From assembly GCA_963785395.1 (NCBI GenBank), contig CAWAVH010000018.1:156360-220359 (forward strand): a DNA stretch of 64,000 nt, written 5' to 3'. Positions 56,367 through 64,000 of the stretch are shown here, piece after piece. The notes under the pieces were generated by a model, which was not told the origin of the DNA, searched no databases, and saw only the letters and a program-made list of their open reading frames with translations. How positions within the stretch are numbered: position 1 is the first letter of the stretch; each line of letters opens with the position of its first letter. Position numbers and translations under genes: made by a program. The DNA comes from an uncultured Acidobacteriota bacterium (GTDB taxonomy: Bacteria; Acidobacteriota; Terriglobia; Acidiferrales; UBA7541).

Positions 56367-57913
56367 ATGAAAATTGTGACCGCGGTTGCTGCCGGCCTGC
56401 TCCTCGCCGCCATGCTTCCGGGACCTGCTATGACTGACGACATCGCCGACCGCGCGCACAAAATTCATTTCAGCTCGATCGTGGTGGATACCCACGACGA
56501 TACGCCGCAGCGATTTTTCTTCGAGAATTTCGATCTCGGTCATCACGACCCGCATGGGCAGCATCGATATTCCGCGAATGCGCGAAGGCGGCCTCGGCGC
56601 GATATTTTTCTCGATCTGGTGTCCTGCAACTTTGACGGGCCCACCCGCCGTCCAGCGCGCTCTCGATTTGATCGATGGAGTTCGCGAGCAGGTGAACAAG
56701 CATTCGCAAGATTTAGTTCTCGCCACAACCGCGGACGAAATTCGCCGCGCGCACGAGCAGGGAAAGATCGCCATCCTCATCGGAGTTGAGGGCGGCTACA
56801 TGATCAACAACGATCTCGGCGTGCTCCGGCGAATTCGCCGCGCTCGGCGTGCGATATATGACGCTCACACACACCCTCGATATCGATTGGGCTGATTCGA
56901 GTACAGACGTGCCGAAGCACGATGGCCTCACTCCATTTGGCAAAGATGTAATTCGCGAAATGAATCGCCTCGGAATGATGGTGGATATTTCGCACGTCTC
57001 CGACAAAACTTTTTACGACGCGCTCGAAGTGAGCAAAGCTCCGCTCATCGCATCGCACTCATCGTGCCGCGCGATCAGCGGCGCTCCGCGCAACATGACA
57101 GACGACATGATCAAAGCCCTAGCTGCAAAGGGCGGCGTGATTCAAATTAATTATCACGTGAGCTTTCTAAGCGATGCGTATCGCACCGCCGCCGCAAAAA
57201 GCGATGAACTGAAGCAGCGCACCGCGGCCGCCGAAAAAATCGCAGGCACAAACGAAGCAGCCAGTGTTCGCGCCGATGATTCCGTCGCCCACCAAATGAT
57301 GGACGAAGGAAAACTTCCCAAAGTAAATTGGGAAGAAATTATGGATCACATCGATCACGCCGTAAAATTAGTCGGCGCAGATCACGTCGGCCTCGGCTCC
57401 GATTTTGATGGCGCCACAATGCCCATCGGCATGGAAGATGTCTCCAAAATTCCGCAACTCACCGAAGCCATGCTTCGCCGCGGCTACACCGAACAAGACA
57501 TTCGCAAAATTCTCGGCGGCAACACGCTCCGAGTTATGGCCGAGAACGAGCATGTCAGCCATGAACTTCAATCGGCCGAGCAAGGCACACTCCTTTCTAA
57601 AGAAGTTCCGAAAACCTCGCCCACGAATCCAAAGCCACAACCCCCTACATGCGCCTATTGTCCGCGTCCGGACTATTCGGAAGAAGCTAAGCACGCCAAG
57701 CTCGAAGGCGATGTGCTTCTGAGCGTCCTGGTTGGAATCGATGGCAAGGCTTTCGACATTGATGTGATCAGGGGCATGGGAATGGGCCTCGATGAAAAGG
57801 CTGTAGAGATCGTCAAAAAGTGGAAATTCAACCCTGGATTGGATAGTGACGGCAAGCCAATCAAGGCGCGAGTGCAGATAATTGTTTCGTTCCGACTTCT
57901 GGGACACGGTTGA
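56367..57913 (+). CDS. Membrane (M19, renal-type) dipeptidase fused to a C-terminal TonB_C-like domain; apparent frameshifts ~56550 and ~56835
   Basis: The signal peptide and IVVDTHDDTP are in ORF 56367..56789. IDIPRMREGGLGAIFFSIW...ILIGVEGG is in 56554..56895. MTLTH, MMVDISHVSD, LIASHSS, GLGSDFDG and the tail CPRPDYSEEAKHAKLEGDVLLSVLVGIDGKAFDIDVIRGMGMGLDEKAVEIVKKWKFNPG...VSFRL are in 56849..57913. Confidence 0.85.
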
Positions 57914-57942
57914 TTACCAGAAAACTTGAGGAGAAAACAAGA

Positions 57943-58752
57943 ATGAAGATTTCAAAGTACAAAGCAACGATCGCGGTTTTGGCGATGGCTCTTGGGACAT
58001 CGCTAGTTAGCGCGCAGACGGCGACGCAAACTCCGCCTCCCGCGAAAAAGCCCGCGACTTCGACTGCTACAAAGAGCACGGCCGCGGCAAAGCCGGCTGG
58101 ACCGGGATACGATAAAGCGCTTCTTACTCCCGCTCTGCTGAAAGCAAAAGCTCCCGACGATTTCTCGGTGAAATTTGTCACCACCAAGGGCGATTTCACC
58201 GTGCAAGTCACTCGTGCGTGGGCTCCGCTAGGCGCCGATCGTTTTTACAATCTCGCGAAACATCATTTTTTTGATGGCGTCACATTTTTCCGCGTGATTC
58301 CCGGCTTCGTCGCGCAATTCGGCATCAGCTCATTTCCCGCCGTCGCCAAAGCCTGGGATGGCAACGCCGCTCAAATTAAAGACGATCCAGTCATACGCCA
58401 CAACACAAAGGGCACGCTCGTCTTCGCCACATCCGGACCGAATACGCGCAGCACGCAACTCTTCATCAATTACGGAGATAATTCCAGACTCGACGCCAGT
58501 GGCTTTTCGCCATTCGGTGAAGTCTCCGATGGAATGGACGTGGTGCTAAGTTTTTTCGGCGGATACGGCGATGCCGGAGCCCCCGACCAGGAAAAAATGA
58601 CGGCGCAGGGCAAGGCCTACACAGACGCAGGTTTTCCGAAACTGGATAGTGTGAAGACCGCAACCCTGATCGAGCCGCCGAAGCCAGCGGCCACGCCAGC
58701 AAAGAAGCCAGCGCCGAAACCAGCGACAACTCCGAAGCCGCAAGGGAACTAG
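57943..58752 (+). CDS. Cyclophilin-type peptidyl-prolyl cis-trans isomerase, exported, with Pro/Ala/Lys-rich linkers
   Basis: ATG 57943 follows GAGGAG. It has a signal peptide, and FFRVIPGFVAQFG ... GTLVFATSGPNTRSTQLFINYGDN is the cyclophilin core. Confidence 0.85.
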   Translation: MKISKYKATIAVLAMALGTSLVSAQTATQTPPPAKKPATSTATKSTAAAKPAGPGYDKALLTPALLKAKAPDDFSVKFVTTKGDFTVQVTRAWAPLGADRFYNLAKHHFFDGVTFFRVIPGFVAQFGISSFPAVAKAWDGNAAQIKDDPVIRHNTKGTLVFATSGPNTRSTQLFINYGDNSRLDASGFSPFGEVSDGMDVVLSFFGGYGDAGAPDQEKMTAQGKAYTDAGFPKLDSVKTATLIEPPKPAATPAKKPAPKPATTPKPQGN

Positions 58753-58810
58753 TGCACGATGGCGCGCAATTAGCTGAAAGCTACGCCGCGCGTCTTTGCA
58801 AGGAAGAGAT

Positions 58811-58844
58811 GGTTTACGTATCAGGGCACGAATTTATTCGTGCC
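58811..58844. repeat. REP-like element (GTATCAGGGCACGA family), copy 2, first hairpin
   Basis: GGTTTACGTATCAGGGCACGAA-ttta-TTCGTGCC with an 8-bp stem. Confidence 0.65.
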
Positions 58845-58855
58845 GTCGCGACAAC

Positions 58856-58888
58856 AAAACGACAGGGGTTTTAACCCCTGTCGTTTTT
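58856..58888. terminator. Bidirectional rho-independent terminator between the PPIase gene and mdh (second hairpin of the REP-like unit)
   Basis: AAAACGACAGGGG-ttttaa-CCCCTGTCGTTTT is a 13-bp stem flanked by A and T runs, 4 nt from the mdh stop. Confidence 0.8.
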
Positions 58889-58891
58889 GAT

Positions 58892-59831
<940 letters not shown>

Positions 59832-59911
59832 ACTTCGTCTCCTTGAGAGGAAAATTGAATTAGAAATCGAAACTCAAAAACAAAATGTTTCGCAAAAACA
59901 ATTCACAGCAA

Positions 59912-61333
59912 TCAGCGAGCCGCAGAAACGTGGGCCATGTTCTCGATAATCGCAGTCGCGAATTCCGATGTCTTAACTTTCGTCGCGCCGGGCATCATGC
60001 GTTCCAGATCATACGTCACGCGCTTTTGCTCGATGGTTTTTTCGATGCCGCCTTCGATCAGCCGCGCGACTTCGCTCCAGCCGATGAAGTCAAACATCAT
60101 CGCGCCGGAAAGCATGACGGAGCCGGGATTGATCACATCTTTATCGGCATATTTCGGAGCGGTTCCATGCGTTGCTTCGAAGCATCCGAATCCGTCGCCA
60201 ACATTTGCGCCGGGCGCCATGCCGAGTCCGCCAACTTGCGCGGCGCATGCGTCGGATAAATAGTCGCCGTTGAGATTGGGCGTGGCCATCACCTGATATT
60301 CTTCCGGCCGCATCAGCACTTGCTGGAAAACGGAATCGGCGATGCGATCGTTGATCAAAAGTTTTTGTTTCCACTGGCCGCGGCCGTGAGTCGCGTAGAT
60401 GGAATCGATTACCGATTTCACTTCCGCGTACATTTCGTTGCGGAAAGTTTCGGTGCCTTGTTCGAGGCCGGGTTCAATCATCGCAGCATTTTGTTCCGCG
60501 GTGAGTTGCGGATTTTTGTCGAGGTTGTCGACGATCCAGCTTTCGCGCTCGGTGATAATTTGCGCGCGGAATTCTTCGCGAGCGAGATCGTAGCCCCAGT
60601 CGCGAAATGCGCCCTCGGTGAATTTTTGGATGTTGCCTTTGTGTACGAGCGTCACGATGCGCTTTTTATTTGCGAGCGCATATTCGATCGCGCGGCGCAC
60701 AAGGCGTTTCGTTCCAAATGGCGACATCGGTTTGATGCCGACGCCGGAATCCATGCGGATTTGTTTCTTGGTGCCTTTGAGCATTTCGTTGTTCAGAAAG
60801 TCGAGCAGCTTTTTCGCTTCGGGGGATCCGGAGCGCCACTCGATTCCGATGTAAACGTCTTCCGTGTTTTCGCGGAAGATCATGATGTTCATTTTCTCGG
60901 GATGAAGCACGGGAGAGGGAACGCCGGGAAAATATCGCACCGGGCGAGTGCATGCATACAAATCCAGAATCTGGCGGAGCGCGACGTTGAGCGAACGAAT
61001 TCCACCACCGACGGGAGTTGTGAGCGGCCCTTTGATCGCCACGCGGAAATCGCGAATCGCATCGACGGTATCGTTGGGCAGCCACTCTTTCAGTGCGTTG
61101 AAGGATTTTTCGCCGGCGAGAACTTCGTACCATTCCACGCTGCGTTTGCCGCCGAAGGCGCGCTCGACTGCCGCATCGAAAACGCGGCGCGACGCCTTCC
61201 AAATATCGCGTCCAGTTCCATCGCCTTCGATGAAAGGAATAATTGGATGATCGGGAACCTGAAATTTTCCGCCGGCGTACTCGATGGGTTTTCCACCCGC
61301 CGGAATCGCCGCTCCGTTGTAAGTCGCTTTCAT
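59912..61333 (-). CDS. icd: NADP-dependent isocitrate dehydrogenase
   Basis: Intact 473-aa [63 protein letters not shown] and [11 protein letters not shown] are conserved blocks. Confidence 0.95.
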   Translation of the reverse strand: MKATYNGAAIPAGGKPIEYAGGKFQVPDHPIIPFIEGDGTGRDIWKASRRVFDAAVERAFGGKRSVEWYEVLAGEKSFNALKEWLPNDTVDAIRDFRVAIKGPLTTPVGGGIRSLNVALRQILDLYACTRPVRYFPGVPSPVLHPEKMNIMIFRENTEDVYIGIEWRSGSPEAKKLLDFLNNEMLKGTKKQIRMDSGVGIKPMSPFGTKRLVRRAIEYALANKKRIVTLVHKGNIQKFTEGAFRDWGYDLAREEFRAQIITERESWIVDNLDKNPQLTAEQNAAMIEPGLEQGTETFRNEMYAEVKSVIDSIYATHGRGQWKQKLLINDRIADSVFQQVLMRPEEYQVMATPNLNGDYLSDACAAQVGGLGMAPGANVGDGFGCFEATHGTAPKYADKDVINPGSVMLSGAMMFDFIGWSEVARLIEGGIEKTIEQKRVTYDLERMMPGATKVKTSEFATAIIENMAHVSAAR

Positions 61334-61524
61334 TTCACCTGGTCCTTGACCGCGTTCGATGTTGCTGCACAGAAACTATTTGCGTGATTCGCGTCTGCTT
61401 CCGCATGCGCGGATTGCCGCCGGCAGAATCGCGAAGAGAGGAATTCACTCCGGGACTGAAGAAGATAACATTCGAGCGCGCAGAGTTCCAAACGAATCTT
61501 GGGGAATTATCTGCGCGGATTTCG

Positions 61525-64000
61525 TTACGTTTCGCCTGTCCAGATTTTCTCGTAGAGCGCGCGAGTTTCTTCGCGCATCACGCGCAGCTCCTGGCGAACG
61601 TGATAGTGCTTGTCGCGAACGGAAATATTCCAGCGGCGCAGCAAGGATTCCACGCGCGCGGCAAGCGCTGGTTCGGGATCGCGACTTGCGCTGTGGCCGG
61701 TGATCAAGCGAATGGCGTGATCGACGCTGCGATAGAAAAGCGCCGACGCGCGCAGATCGTTGGCGATAGCTGGCGGACATGCCTGAGGCGAGTGGCCCCG
61801 CGGATTCGAGCGACGCGATTTGCTGCAAGATATTTCCGCGCGGGAGAGATTCCGGCGCGCAAGCCGCGAGAAAGGAAAAGCAGCGCGACGATGTAATCCA
61901 CATCGTAAAAACCGCCGGCAACTTTCTTGAATTCGCGTTCGGGCGGGCGTCCCGCTTCCCAAACGCTGCTTTCGTTGACGAGGCGTTCGCGCATTGCGGC
62001 AAGTTCGGCGCGCAGCGCGGCGGCATCGGTGAAACGTTGCGCACAGATTTCATGGATGTCGCGAATCAATCGTTCGCCGAGTTCGATATTTCCGGCAATC
62101 GCGCGCGCTTTAAGGAAGGATGCGCCTTCCCACGCGCCAGCATCGCGGCGGAAGTATTCGAGAATATATGAAGTGCTCTGGACAATTTCGCCTTCGGCTC
62201 CGCGCGGACGGAGACGCGTATCGACAGGGAAGAGCATTCCATCGCGCGTCTGGCTGCTGGCGAATTGTACGAAGCGTTCGACAACACGGCGCCACGGCTC
62301 GCGTTCTTCGGATGCGAGATCGGACGTCGCGAAGATCACGTCGGCGTCGGAGCCGATGTCCATTTCGCTGGAGCCGAGACGGCCGAGCGCGATTACAGTG
62401 AGCGGTCCGGAATTTAGTTCATGCGAAGTAATGCTGCTTCGCGATTCGACGGCGATATCGCGCGCGGCGAATTCAAGAGTTTCGCAAATCGCTCGATCAG
62501 CGTGCTCGGTGAACCGAGCAAATGTTTCGAACGGCGGAATCGCAGTTTTTAGCGCATTCAATAACGGAGATGAAAACTTCCTGGTGATAATCCTGGCGAA
62601 CGGAATTCATGTCGCGCGGAAAAATGCTGTGCTGAATGGGCGGTTGCTGGGTCGCGTTGCGATCTTCGGCGGCTACCACGCGAATCAGGTGCGGCTCGCG
62701 CACCAGCCATTCAGCGGCGAAATCGCTTGCCGTGAAAAGTGTAGCGGCGCGCGAAAGCCAGCCGGGATTTTCCGCGAGGTCGTTCATCAACGCCGCGTCG
62801 AGCGATGCGGAAGTCAGGTAATTCAGAATCCCGCGGCGAGCATGGGCGTCGCCGCCGTGCGCGATTTCGTCGTAGGCATGCGCGACGATCGGCCAATCCG
62901 CGCCGATCCGGCGAAGTAAAGCGCCGGGACCGGTTTCGGATTCGGATTCGAGCGGCGGCGCGGGAGTTTCGGGCTGAGTTTCGGCGGCAAGCAAGCGTTC
63001 GTAAATTTCGCGCACTTCGCTGAAATGCTGGCGCAAGACGTTCGAGCAATTGCTCGCCCGCCGTGCGACCGGCGGACGCGTCAGGTTCCACACCGCATCG
63101 GCGAGCGAGACGTTCGATCGCTTCGGGTGATCGCGGAAGAGTGTGGCGCTGCAATCCATCGCGAAGTTGCAAGCGATGTTCTGCGCGGCGGAAAAATTGG
63201 TATGCGGCGCTGAGGCGATGAAAATCGCGGCTGCTCAAATGAGATTTGTCATGCAGGCGCTGCATCGCTACGAGAGTGGTTCCGGAGCGAATCCACGGCT
63301 CGCCGCCGCCGTACAGGCGCTGCAAACATTGCACGATGAATTCGATATCGCGAATTCCGCCGGGGGTGAGTTTCACGTTCCAGAGTGCGGTGTGATCGCC
63401 GGGCTCAGAATTGCGGCGCAACTCGCGCGTAATTTCTTCGCGCGCGCGAACGACCGCGCCAAGCGCGACGAGATTAAATTCAGGGCGATAGACAAGAGGC
63501 TGCACTTCGCGGACAAATTTATTTCCGGTGACGACGTCGCCCGCGGAACAGCGCGCCTTGACGAGCATTTGCAATTCCCACTCGCGCGCCGCTCCGCGAT
63601 AGTAGGCAAGCGCGGCTTCAATGCTGGTGGCGAGAATCCCTTCGCGGCCCTGTGGGCGAAGGCGCAAGTCGACACGGAAGAGAGCGCCGTCGCTGGTCAT
63701 CTCGGTGAGAAGTTTCGAAACGCCTTGCGCGAGACGCACAAAGAATTCGGAATTTGTTGTGGGGCCGAGGCGGCCGCCGGTGGTGGCGCCATCGCTGCCG
63801 TAAATAAACATCAGGTCGATGTCGGAACTGTAGTTAAGTTCCTGGCCGCCAAGTTTTCCGAGGGAGAGAATCGCGAGCCGCGAATTTATGAGCTTGCCTT
63901 CGGAATCGGCGGATTGCGGCAATCCGTAATCGTGTTCGAGTTTTTGTTCGCAGATGCGCAGCGCGGTATCGAGCAAAACGTCGGTAAGCTGCGAAAGTTC
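61525..64000 (-). CDS. glnE: Bifunctional glutamine synthetase adenylyltransferase/adenylyl-removing enzyme GlnE; 5' end beyond window; several apparent frameshifts
   Basis: Two nucleotidyltransferase modules: LGKLGGQELNYSSDIDLMFIY...FRVDLRLRPQG (ORF 62711..63976) and LGRLGSSEMDIGSDADVIF...FPVDTRLRPRG (ORF 61704..62561). The C-terminal LFYRSVDHAIRLITGH...ALYEKIW is in ORF 61525..61962. Confidence 0.88.

Noticed and set aside
60320-61387. 355-aa ORF on the plus strand
   Set aside because: It is antisense to the intact icd gene, so it is a shadow ORF.

Overview
This 64-kb chromosomal segment looks like an Acidobacteriota (Terriglobia-type) genome. That is an inference from a PadR regulator paired with a duplicated-FtsX ADOP-type permease, a second orphan ADOP permease, YtxH/DUF948/DUF892 stress genes and short hairpin REP-like repeats. 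I can support about 60 protein-coding genes, one tRNA-Phe(GAA), several rho-independent terminators, two consensus-like promoters and several small repeat families. I recognise no rRNA, CRISPR array, transposase, integrase or phage genes. Most content is housekeeping: tripartite ABC efflux (HlyD-ATPase-FtsX), cysteine desulfurase-mnmA, MocR regulator-thioesterase-pdxS-pdxT, a DtxR-type regulator, an AmmeMemoRadiSam radical SAM enzyme, leuA-like/leuB with a divergent LysR, ftsK-uppP, RNase J, a polyamine block (pdaD, aguA, aguB, deoxyhypusine-synthase homologue), sdhCAB, mdh-icd and glnE. Two things stand out. (1) At least 19 conserved, partly essential genes (sdhA, sdhB, mnmA, glnE, ftsK, rnj and others) need one or more frame changes to read through, and some breaks sit in homopolymers. 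The assembly therefore most likely carries indel errors, gene models must be read across frames, and the frameshift positions I give are approximate. (2) A promoter-linked, roughly 83-nt non-coding module occurs in two near-identical promoter-equipped copies (17.4 kb minus strand, 56.1 kb plus strand) plus two degenerate copies. It has an internal hairpin flanked by ATCTGCAGTTACG direct repeats and ends in a G6-N-G6 tail. It is my best candidate for an undescribed small-RNA, cis-regulatory or miniature mobile element family. Other items are a minus-strand stress-type gene island (17.7-22.4 kb) with a repeat-built basic protein and an AI-2E permease fused to a B12-binding-like domain, an M19 dipeptidase-TonB_C fusion, a LeuA homologue lacking the regulatory domain, and REP-like hairpin families.
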